DNA of 64,000 nucleotides from Torpedo marmorata (lineage: Eukaryota): assembly GCA_977017645.1 (NCBI GenBank), contig OZ360221.1, forward strand, positions 156,116,001-156,180,000, in the 5' to 3' direction. A program made the position numbers and the translations under genes. Under the pieces are notes generated by a model that searched no databases, was not told where the DNA came from, and worked only from the letters and a program-made list of their open reading frames with translations. How positions within the stretch are numbered: position 1 is the first letter of the stretch; every line of letters begins with the position of its first letter. This document shows, piece after piece, positions 27,401 through 39,400 of the stretch.

Positions 27401-30400
27401 GATGGAATTTAATGCAGATAAGTGTGAGGTGTTGCATTTTGGAAGGATAAACCAAGAAAGGACATACACAGTAAATGGTAGGGCACTGAGAAGTGTGGTG
27501 GAACAGAGGGATCTGGGAATACAGATACATAATTCCCTGAAAGTGGCGTCACAGGTGGATAGGCTTGTAAAAAGAGCTTTTGGCATATTGGCCTTCATAA
27601 AATCAAAGTATTGCGTACAGGAGTTGGGATGTTATGCTAAAGTTGTATTAGACATTGGTGAGGCCAAATTTGGAGTATTGTGTGCAGTTTTGGTCACCTA
27701 ACTACAGGAAAGATATCAATAAGATTGAAAGAGTGCAGAGAAGATTTACTAGGATGTTGCCCGGATTTCAGGAACTGAGTTACAGGGAAAGGTTAAACAA
27801 GTTAGGACTTTATTCCCTGGAGCGTAGAAGAATGAGGGGAGATTTGATAGAGGTATTTAAAATTATGAGGGGGATAGACAGAGTAAATGTAGATAGGCTT
27901 TTTCCACTGAGGGCAGGTGAGATACAAACCAGAGGACATGGGTTAAGAGTGAAAGGGGAAAAGTTTAGGGGGAACATTAGGGGGAGCTTCTTCACACAGA
28001 GAGTGGTGGGAGTGTAGAACGAGCTGCCAGCTGAAGTGGTGAATGCAGGCTCAATTTTAACATTTAAGAAGAATTTGGACAGGTACGTGGATGGGAGAGG
28101 TATAATGGGCTATGGACTGGGTGCAGGTCAGTGGGACTAGGCAAAAATAAAATGGTTCAGCACAGACTAGAAGGGCTGAAGGGGCCTGTTTCTGTGCTAT
28201 AGTGTTCTGTGATTCTATGGTTCTAAGCATAAAACGGTTATTACAGGCCAGTGAGTCAAATATCAATGGGAGATAAGTTATTGGAAAATTCTGAGGGACA
28301 CTTGGAAAGGTAAACCAGAGATAGGGGGAGATCCTGACTAATATGAGGTTTTTGAAGAAGTAACAAAATACTGTATACCAATGAGGGCAGTGCAATTGAT
28401 ATAGTCTACATGGACCAGTAAAGCCTTTGACAAGAAGGCTGATACAAAAGCATAGAGCCTATGTAATCACTGGGCAAGTTAGCAAATTGGACGCAAAATT
28501 AGCTGGGCAATAGGAGATGGAGGGTGGTGGTGGAGTTGCTTTTGTGATTGGAAGGCAGTGACCAGCGGTGTACATCAGGGAACAGAGCTGGGTCCCTTGC
28601 TGTTTGTCAGAATTGTTAATCATTTGGATATGAATGTAGTAATGATTAGAAAGTTTGCAGATGACACAAATTAACAGTCCTGGATTACAGATATTGATCA
28701 GCTAATAACTTGGGCAGAGCAATGGCAGATAAAATGTAATCCTGATTGCAAAATCATGCATTTTGGTAGGTTAAGTAAGAGCAAGACATATACTGTGGAT
28801 GGTAGGGCCCGAAGGAATTTTGAGAAATGGGTTCTGGTGTACAAGTCTTTTGAACATTTAAGATGCCAACCTGGGTGGGTAGGTAAAGTGGTGAAGAAAA
28901 ATTGGAAGAACAATAGAGGGTCATGGGTGAGGTAGGGAATAATTAGATTGTTGTGGAGTACGTTTACACAGGTTGGACAACATTGTGGGCTGAAAAGCTT
29001 GCTCTGTGCTGTAATGTACTCTGTTCTGTGTAAAATGCTGGTATTCCTCTCCATTTAAACGGTCAACAGTCACTGGGTATCAAACAAGTTGAATTCCTGG
29101 CTGTTTCTTTCTGCACTTTTACTTGGACTCAGACAAACTGGCTCAGGTGTGAACCCAAAATAATTCAGCCCTGTTAGCAGAATATTTACCGACTGCATCA
29201 TTGGGGGTGTTGATGAGAAAGCCACATCTGAAATATTCAATTAGTTGGTTATCAATCTGAAAATTAGTTGGAGATGCACATCTTCAGACAATTTCTTTAT
29301 ACATTTCTCAGATTTTCCCTAATACCCCCACAATAATTTCAGCAAATGCACCTCAAGAGTATAGATTTATATTGACATTTAAATATATACTCTACATCAG
29401 GGGTGGCCAAATCTTTTTGGTTGTGGGCCACATACAGAAAAATATAAGGAGTCATGGGCCAAACAATATTAACCCCGGAAGTTTTCAACCAGTTACCCTG
29501 TAAGAAAAATGGTGTTTTTGGACCATAAAACCCCAGAGCTGCGGCGAGGGAGAGCTGCACTGCTGGAGAGCTGTGCTGAGGCCGCATCACTGGAGATGTC
29601 AGAGGGCAGCCAGACCACTGCGAAGTTGCCTCTCTCTGCAACTGTGCAGGGTGTCTCATGTGACACCATGTGGGGAGGTTGCCCTGTCCTGCTCAGTATC
29701 TACCTTCATTACTGCCAGACAGATTATTTGGCAACCTAGTTTTGGGATCTTGCTGTGCAGTCAGCTGCAGGAGGCAGGAGGGACTGGATTGCAGAGCGAG
29801 CTGCTCTAGTTGGGAAGTGTTGGGACCCTCTGAAATAGACACAAGAGGTGCTGCAGAGATTCAGATGCCTCCGCGTTGAGCAGCCATCGATAGGTCGAGT
29901 ACAAAGGTGGAGGCCTTGTAGGCTGAGAGATGTGGAACCGCCCAATCCGACACTCCCGAGACCTGGATGGAGCTGTGTGCTCGGACTGTCGACGGAGCAG
30001 ACAGTTCACCCTGGGATGGCCCAACCCCCTCCACCACCTCAGAGTTCTGGTCACCAATGCAATGAGCAATCTACACACAGCAAGATCCCACAGCTTTACT
30101 GCTGCAGACACCTTCTGGTCTCATGGCACCCACAGCTGCCTCATGGGATACCATGTGTGGTGTCACACACCTCTATGCTTCCCCGCGCCTGGCGGGTACG
30201 GATTACAGGGCACCCTGGGAGGCTCGGGGAGGCATACACGGGCTGTTCCTCTCACACGTTTGTCCTCTCGTCAGTGACGGATTAACTACCACCCGGGCCC
30301 CAAGGCTGAGCTTTAGTAAGGCTCCCGCTGACCTTGCCCCCCTGCCCCACCCTTCGTTGAATAGAATAAAGTGACATTGTTACGTTAAATAACTTATATC

Positions 30401-33400
30401 GTTGTACTATGTATAAGGAAGAAATTTAATTGTAGCAACAACCCTTTCCAGAAGTTCTTTCATGTAATCACATTCTGACTGGTATTGTCGAGTAATCAAG
30501 TATGGTCTTCACTTGAAAACAGTTTGCAGTTAAAACAGAATGCCTTACCTGTGCTTGGAGAATAGCACAGCCAACTTCTCCTGATTTTCTTGCCATTTGT
30601 AAGGGAGCAGTAAAACATGGGCTTACTAAAGTAACGTTTCTGTTTACTGTCATATTTTATAGATTTCACAATACTGGCATTTATGTTGCAACAGGCTTCG
30701 CTCCCTGTCTTTAACCAGTATACACGCATGTTAACGCCAACTCGTGACGTAATAACGTCGTCATGGTAAACACAATCTCGCGGCTGCAGTATGAAGTCCT
30801 AAAAGCATTACTTCTAAATGTTTATATGTTTGGAGCCTAATTTAGAAAACAAAATAGTATTTGTAATATTCCAGATATGAAAAAAATATATGCAAAAGTA
30901 TTGAAATATCATCCAAAATACTCACATGTACACTCAATTAATTAAACCATTTTCTTTTTCTTACTCTCGGGCCCCCCTCCCTTCCAGGCCCCTAGGCTTA
31001 AGCCTACTCAGCCTAATGGTTAATCAGCCACTGCCTCTCATGCACCCACACAGCTGGAGCTGCAGCTGGAGCCTCCTAGCTCATCATGTCCACATCTAGC
31101 ATTGCACAACTGCAGTGTCACAACCTCTGGTTTTACCACACTGTGGTCTCCAGGAGGGGAGAGCTTGCAACACGAGCAGAGCAGGTGACTGCAGGAATGG
31201 GATTTGGACCAACGCGACCAGAGGACTCCCACCTCACCCTTCTCGCCCCCCTCTCCCTCCTCGCCCATCCCCCAAGCTCAAAGCAGTTCAGCTTTGTGTG
31301 AGAGCCAAGGCAGGGAACACCAGTGAGCCGTTCAGTTGGGGGAGACATCGCAGCTGCCTTGGATCTGGTTCCCAGGCAGCAGGTCAGCACACAGGAAGTC
31401 AAGCCCTGTCCTCTCTTGAGCTGGGTTTCCCCACCACAGCTCCAGGCGAACTGCAGATCTATGGCCTCCTGAGCTCAAGATTCAGCCCACTTAAAAAGAG
31501 CAGGAGAACACCCCCCCCCCACCGAATCCATTTATGTAGAAAGAGGGAGTAGGAAAGAGTGGAGACTCAAAATTACAGTGTCACCCAGTGTTGAAACTAA
31601 GAAGTGCAATGGTAGCATAGTATTGTTCCAAATGGCAGCAGCATCTAGTGTTAAAACTAAGAAGTGCAATGTACATACAGTGCAATTCATTGTTAGAGAC
31701 TATGGGCAATGGGCCACAGGTGGCCCGTGGGCTGTAGTTTGGCCACCCCTGCTCTATATAAAGGTAAGTCCCCTTTTAGTATTTTCACCCATAGTTTGCC
31801 AAAATGGTTATTCTTATCTATCCAAATTATAATTACAGACGCATTGGCCATTGGTTAACAGATGTCTCTCCTCTTCTACCCCTACTTAATGCTGCAAAAT
31901 GCACGTTCACAATGAAGACTGTGCCATGGGCCATGCCCTGGAGACCAACACTAAATCTTCGATTCAGTAAGGTAAACCAGGAATCAACAGGTAGGAAACA
32001 GCTGCTTTTTATTTGTGATTAATATGTTTGTGACTGGAGATGAAGCAAATCATACCAAGATCTTTGATTTCTTTTTATTGTACCTGATAAAGGAAATAGT
32101 GTATGCAGGAAGGAACAAATATTTAACAGGAGAAATCTAACGGAAAGAATGCTAAAATACTGCATTGGTTTTGCTTGAATTCTAGGTCAAAATGTGAGAA
32201 TGTGAGTTAATAGAATAATGGAAAATTGAGATAGTATATTAACAGAAATTTGAATCAAGCAATTTTAAATTGCTACTGTCCATGTGTCCAAAATCCATTG
32301 CTAATTGTAATAATTGCCTTGTGACACAAAATAACCCAGTTTTACTTGTATGTTACTGGCGCATGACCGCTATTGAGTTTCTATCCAATAATCTCATCTA
32401 AATCAGGAGGGTAAAAAGAGGATATGATATGAAGCTGGCAGGCAGGATAAAGGAAATAGTATTTCCTTTATCAAGAGATTCTACTGATATATTAAGTGTA
32501 AAAGGATGGCTAGGAGGAGAATTACTCTCATTAATGATCAACAATCCTGACTTTATGTGGAGCCACAGAAGATAGTTGGAATTTTAAATGGAGGAGATCA
32601 TGGAAGCCAAGGAATTGGAGAAAATGAATGATGAGATGCTCAACCATGTTAAAACTACCAGGGAGAAAATCTTAGCAGCCTTGGAGTTCATAATAGGACC
32701 TAAATCATTTGGGTAGGTGGGCCAAGGAGTAGCAAATGGAATTTAACTCTGACAAGTATTAGACAAGGTCGGACTTGCACACTGAATGGCAGGACCCTGG
32801 AGAGTGCTGTAGAACAGAGATACCTTGGGGTACAGGTGCATTGTTCCTTGAAAGTGGCAACTCAGATTGATAAGGTGGTGAAGAAAGCATTTGGCATGCT
32901 GGTCGTCATTGGGTGGGGTATAGAGTATAAAAGTTGGGACCTCAGTACAGCTGGACAAGCTGGACAAGTCATTGGTGAGATCACTATGCAGTTCTGGTCA
33001 CCCAGCTATTGGAAGAACCTCCATAAATTGGAAGGAATGCAGAGGAGATTCACTAGGATGATGCTGTGATGAAGCGTCTGAGTTATAGGGAGAGGTTTGA
33101 TAGGCTGGGTCTTTATTTCCTTAGAGTGAAGGAGATTGAGGGGTGATCATCGAGGGGCATGGATAAAGTGAATGCTCATAGTCTTTTGCCCAGGGTAGAT
33201 GATTCTAGAACTAGAGGGCATAGATTTAAGGTGAGAGAGAAAGATTTAAGATGGATGTAAAAGGCAACCATTTCACTAGGAGGGTGGTTTGTGTCTGGAA
33301 CAAACTGCCAGAGGAAACTGTAGAAGTAGGTACAATAACATTCAAAAGACATTTGAACAGATTTATGGAAATAAAGCATTGAGAAGGAAATGGATAAAAT

Positions 33401-36400
33401 GCAGGCAAATGGGACTAGCCCAAAATTGCCAACTTGGTTGGCATGGACAAATTGGGCTGAAGGACCTATGCTGTATGACTCTATGACTTTAGGTGCAATG
33501 ATAAAGTTTGTGTTGTGAGCAGTACAGCTAGACATCCCATACACAGTCCAGTAAGCGTTTCAGTTTACTCTAAACATTGATGTGTGTTACAAATGATGTA
33601 TGTGATATAGCTTAGGGCAAAAACCCTGCAGAAAAAAACAATTTATTTTTCCAATTTTTCACAACATATAAAGGAGCTTAGAAATTGATAGAGATGATGA
33701 AAAGCTACTGAAAATCAAAATGTATTTAAAATGCATCATGGTTGGCCAATTGAAAAACAGGTGACTATACCAAATCTAAAACCAAAACTGTAGTGAAAAT
33801 TAATGAGGGTACAGTTGCAGCCAAATATCCGAAATGTTATAACATTCTTATTTTTCTGAAATCCTGCATTTTCTCAGGTAATGCCAATTAAAATATGTTT
33901 TTATTTTTCATGTCAAAATGTTTGCAAATGTTGTGGTTGGGACCAGCATACTGTATGGTGTTGTATTTATGGAGCAGATACTGTGGTGCATGTTTTTAAT
34001 TGTTATGTTTGAACATGTAAATAGGCATAATTGAGGTGCAACCATCAGTAAACATTCTTCCCATTAATATTATGGTAGTTTCTTTTTTAATTCTGGTTGC
34101 TTTGATTTTTGTCAGATCATTTGTAACATGTAACTTTTTTTGGGTATCAAGTAACTCACCTCTTGAATCCCAAAGTGTTTACCGTAAACAAATCATATCA
34201 CATGATGGAATACACCCACCAACATGAATGAATGACTGCAAGTGCAGTAACATTCAAGAAGCCAAAACACTGTCCAGCATAAAGCAACCTTTTTCATTGA
34301 GAATCCTCGACTACTATTACTAGCCCATTTTGTCATCAGTGTGCATCATCTACAAAATGCACTACAACAACTCGCTGGGGCATTATGACAGCATCTCCTA
34401 AACCTGTAATCAAGAAAATGCTGAAAACACTTAACAGGTTTCAGATTTATTGTCAGAGTACATACATGACATCACATACAACCCTGAAATTCCTTTTTCC
34501 TGCAGGCGCGGCAGAATTACCACTAATTGGTAGTGCAAAAATAAACTGTACACAGCGTAAACATGTAAACAAATAAAAGAACTGTAAACAGATAACGAAT
34601 GTAAACAAACTGACTGTGCAATACGGAGAGTACAAAGAAAATCAATCAATAAAGTGCACAAGTTAGTCCTTAAATGAGTGTCTGATTGACTTTGTCATTG
34701 AGGATTCTGATGGTGGAGGGGTAGCAGCTGTTCCTAAACCTGGTGGTGTGAGTCTTGTGGCACCCGTACCTCTTTCCTGATGGCAGGAGCGAGAACAGAG
34801 CGTGTGCTGGGTGGTGTGGATCCTTGATGATTGCTGCTGCCCTCCGACGGCAGCGTTCCCTGTAGATGTACTCAATAGTGGGGAGGGTTTTGCCTGTAAT
34901 GTCCTGGGCTGTGTCCACTACCTTTTGAGGGCTTTACGCTCAAGGGTATTGGTGTTTCCATACCAGACCGTGATGCAGCCGGTCAGCACACTTTCCACCA
35001 CACATCTGTAGAAATTTGCCAGGGTTTCTGGTGTCATACCAAACCTCCGCAAACTCCTGAGGAAGTAGAGGCGCTGACGTGCTTAATTCACGATGCCATT
35101 GGTGTGTTGGGTCCAGGAAAGATCCTCCGAGATAGTGACTCCCAAGAACCTAAATTTGCTCACCCTCTCCACCTCTGATCCCCAATGATCAGTGGATTGT
35201 ATACCTCTGGCTTTCCTTTCCTGAAGTTAACAATCAGCTCCTTAGTTTTGGTGAAATTGAGTGCAAGGTTGTTGTTGGTGCACCATTCAGCCAAGTTTTC
35301 AATCTCCATCCTGTATGCTGACTCATTCCCTTCCTTTATACAACCCACTACCGTGGTATCATCAGCAAATTTGTAGATGGTGTTATTGTCGTACCGAGCT
35401 ACACAGTCGTAGGTGTAAAGTGAGTAGAGCAGGGGGCTAAGAACACAACCCTGTGGTGCTCCGGTATTGATGGAGATTGTGGAGAAGTTCTTACCAATAT
35501 TCACTGATTGTGGTCTGGAGGTGAAGAAATCCATGATCCAATTACACAGTGGGGTGTTAACTCCCAGGTCTTGGAGTTTGCTGGCAACATGTGTGGAAAG
35601 AGAAAAAGAGTTAATGTTTCAAGTCAAAGACTCTTTCTCTTTCCACAGGTACTTCCAGAATTTTCTATTTTGATTTCTTTTTTTTTTGGAATATTTTATT
35701 TGTATTTTTTAAAGCCAAACATATTATCAATAACAAAAGTAATACATCATCAAATATAATATTCGTCTGTTGACTGTTATACTAAAAAACAGCAACAAAA
35801 TTACAAACAAAGAAAAACCCACCCACCCAATTCCCCCCTAAAAGAAAGAAAGGAGAGTAAATCTATAGCCAGGCCCCTCCTCGTCTCCAGGACCTATGTC
35901 CATTTCCTCTTTAAAAATCCGAGTATGCCAAGTAATTTAAGCCTACGGGGTGGACGGCGAACCTCCAACGTCTTCTTTCCTTTTCTATTTTGATTTCTGA
36001 TTTCCAGCATCTGCAGTTTGTTTTCTTCTGAAACCAGCATTCTATAAACACAAGGCAACACCACCAACAGCAAATACCCTCCAAATTACACTCCATCCTC
36101 ACTTGGGCAAAAATCATCTCTGGGTCAATTGATTGAACTCTCAACCTGACAGCACTGTGGGGTAATGCCTGCACAAGGTGGCAGCTATTCAAGAAATCAG
36201 CTCACACCACCAAGTTGGTGAACAATACATGAAGGCCATGTGTGCAAGTCCAACATCCTGTGAATAATAAAAATGCACCTTCTTTATATTTGACAATGTG
36301 AAAATGATTTGAACCATTTACCTGATTAATATCATTTCTGATTTTTAAAAAGATTTATATAATTTAAGAATATGAACTTTCATGATTAACTTTCATGTTT

Positions 36401-39400
36401 GTCAAAGAGTGAACTGCATTTCTTTTACCTATTTCTAGTGTTACAACTCAAACCAGCAACAACAGAAGACGTAATTCAAAAGGGTTAAATTTTAACTCTA
36501 TATTTATTAATGACTATTAATATAATGTCTTAACACAATTAACCCCACTATAAGTATCTATAGCAAATATACGGATATCATATATTTATAAACAGTGTGT
36601 ATGTGAAAAACCCAGACCATTACAGTCTTTGCCCAATATTCAAAAAGGAAAAAACCCCAAAACCCCAGGTCAGTCAGTCAAGTAAGTCAGTCCAAAAAAC
36701 AGTCCACAAAATTCAATCTCAAAGTTCAATGTCACAGTTCAGTTCTTTAACTGATAACAAAGGACGTCGTTTTGAACGTTGGAGAGAGAAATGACTGATA
36801 TTGCATTGCAGTAAGCTTACAAATCCTTTTTCAGACTTCCTCAGATGACTTCCCTTGGTTCTCAAAGTGTGGTTTTTAACCCTTCCTCACTTATGAGGCA
36901 TGTGCATTTCACACAGCTCTCCAGCTGCCCTCTGCCGCTCCAACTGCCGTTCCACCGTTCCAACTGCCGTTCCTCTGCTCCAACTGCCATTCCATTGTCT
37001 CTCTGTCTGCACAGCTTGACCTTGGCGAGTCAGCACTCAGCTGTACCACAAGTCACACAGAGTTCTCAGCAGAATTCCATCCTTTATAAAGACAGTCCAC
37101 AGTCCAAAAGGTCAGTCCATGGTCCATAACACTAGCTTTCCACTAACAACTTCAGTCATAGTCATATGAACTAAAATATTTCTCTCCAGTTGAACATCAA
37201 TGTAAATTCCTGTTATTGACCAGTGCAAAGTGAAAAACATGGACTGAACTTAGATGGAAGTAAAACACAAAAGTCTGCAGACACCGCGGTTGAAGTAAAA
37301 ACACAATGCTGGAGACCAACACACCAATGGCATTGTGAAGAAAGCACACCAGCACCTCTACTTCCTAAGGAGTTTGCAGAGGTTTGGTATGACACCAGAA
37401 ACCCTGGCAAATTTCTGCAGATGTGTGGTGTAAAGTGTGCTAACCAGCTGCATCACGGTCTGGTATGGGAACCAACACCCCTGAGCGTAAAGCCTTTCAA
37501 AAGGTAGTGGACACAGCCCAGGACATTACTGGCAAAACACTCCCCACTATTGAATACATCTACAGGGAACGCTGCCGTCGGAGGGCAGCAGCAATCATCA
37601 AAGACCCACACCACCCAGCACATGCTCTGTTCTCGCTGCTGCCATCAGGAAAGAAGTATAGGTGCCACAAGACTCGCACCACCAAGTTTAGGAACAGCTG
37701 CTACCCCTCTACCATCAGAATCCTCAACAACAAAGTCAAATCAGAGACTCATTTAAGGACTCTTACTCATGCACTGTTGATTTTTCTTTGCTCTCTCTCT
37801 ATTGCACAGTCAGTTTCATTTTCATTTTCAGTTTCGTTCGTTGCATGTTGGCAGTTCTTTTGATTGTTTGCATGTTTACGCTGTGTAAAGTTTACTTTTT
37901 GCACTACCAATTAGTGGTAATTCTGCCGCGCCCGCAGGAAAAAGAATCTCAGGGTTGTATGTGACGTCATGTACGTACTCTGACAAGAAATCTGAAATCT
38001 GAAACTCAGCAGGATCAAACAGTGTACTTTATGTAGCAAAGATAAAGATACATAACCAACATTTCGGGCTTGAGTCCTTCATCAAGGTATGGAAATATGT
38101 CAGCAGGTGCCCGAACAAAAAGGTAACGGGGTGGGGGGAAGAGCACGGTCCCAAAGGCAGGCGGTAATAGGTGGAGAAAGGAGGGAGAGCACAGCAGCAA
38201 GCAGGTGTAGGAGGGATGGATAGGTGAATAGAGAGGGAAGGGGTGGAGAGCTGAGGGAAAGAAGACAGGGGAAGGGATTGGGATAATACATGAGGCCATG
38301 GACAGACATGTGAGTATGGGAGTGGGACGTAGAACCGAAATGGCCGGCCACTTAGATAAACAGCTGCAAATGTTCTGCCACTGCTGGTTTTCATGGAGGG
38401 AATAATTTCATCATAGCGACTTGAAATTAGTGAAAATAAAATCAGGTATTGGAGAGGCAGATGATCCATTACACCTATCTGTTTATTACTTGTGTATCCC
38501 CGGGTAGAAATCATATTGCACTGGTCGTATTAAATTATTTTTTCAATTTTTAAAATTTAAGATTAATAATTTGTAATGTGTTTAAGGAAAAAAGGTTTAT
38601 CTTTTGGGCATTAACAGTGATTATGTTCATAAGAACTGGCTATCCATTATACTTAACCTCTGACATTTGGCCCCATTGAAGTCAATTTAACTTGCACAAA
38701 GTGACAAATATTCCTGCTGTACCTCACCAACTATTAATGGCATCCAATTCTGTACAAATTATCTACCATTCTAGGTAAACTATGATGGACATTGTTGTCT
38801 ATGTTACAACTGAAGCCTCTTTCTGTGCCTCCATTGACAATCATGAACCATCAAGTAAAAATGACCCTTTTTGATCACCAAATTTAAAAGTTGCATTTTG
38901 GCTTTCTGTGATGTTGGGGGTGAAAAAAAAGCCAAAGCAAACTAAATACAGTCAAACGACTTCTGCAAATGTGGTCAATGTTAGATAAGATAGATAATAG
39001 ATAATAATAATAATGAGCTTATTGCCATATACATTGTAAAATGTACATATGCTCCAAAATTCTTACTTGCTGCAGCCAAACAGGTACTTTGTAAAAAAGA
39101 CAACAAAAACTAAAAAAATCCTCCACAGTAGTCTACTGAATTGAATTAAAAAGAGACAATGTTAAAAAAAAGATAATAAATGATCCCAGTAAAAATAAGA
39201 CAACTTTGCAATTGTGTTGATAGTCCTTTAGTGGTGCCAGAGCAGTGTAACAAGGGGAGGTTCAAAAGCCTGATAGCTGTTGGAAAGAAACTGTTCTTGA
39301 ACCTAGAGGTGCTGGTCTTCAGGCTTTGGTATCTCTGCCCAAAGGTAGCACTGAGAAGAGGTTTGTGACCAGGGTGGTGTGGGTCTTTTATGATGTTATC

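Noticed and set aside
29806-30145. Faint - strand resemblance to I/Nimb-clade LINE C-terminus ([18 protein letters not shown])
   Set aside because: Key His/Cys/Asn residues are missing; too weak to call without a profile search.
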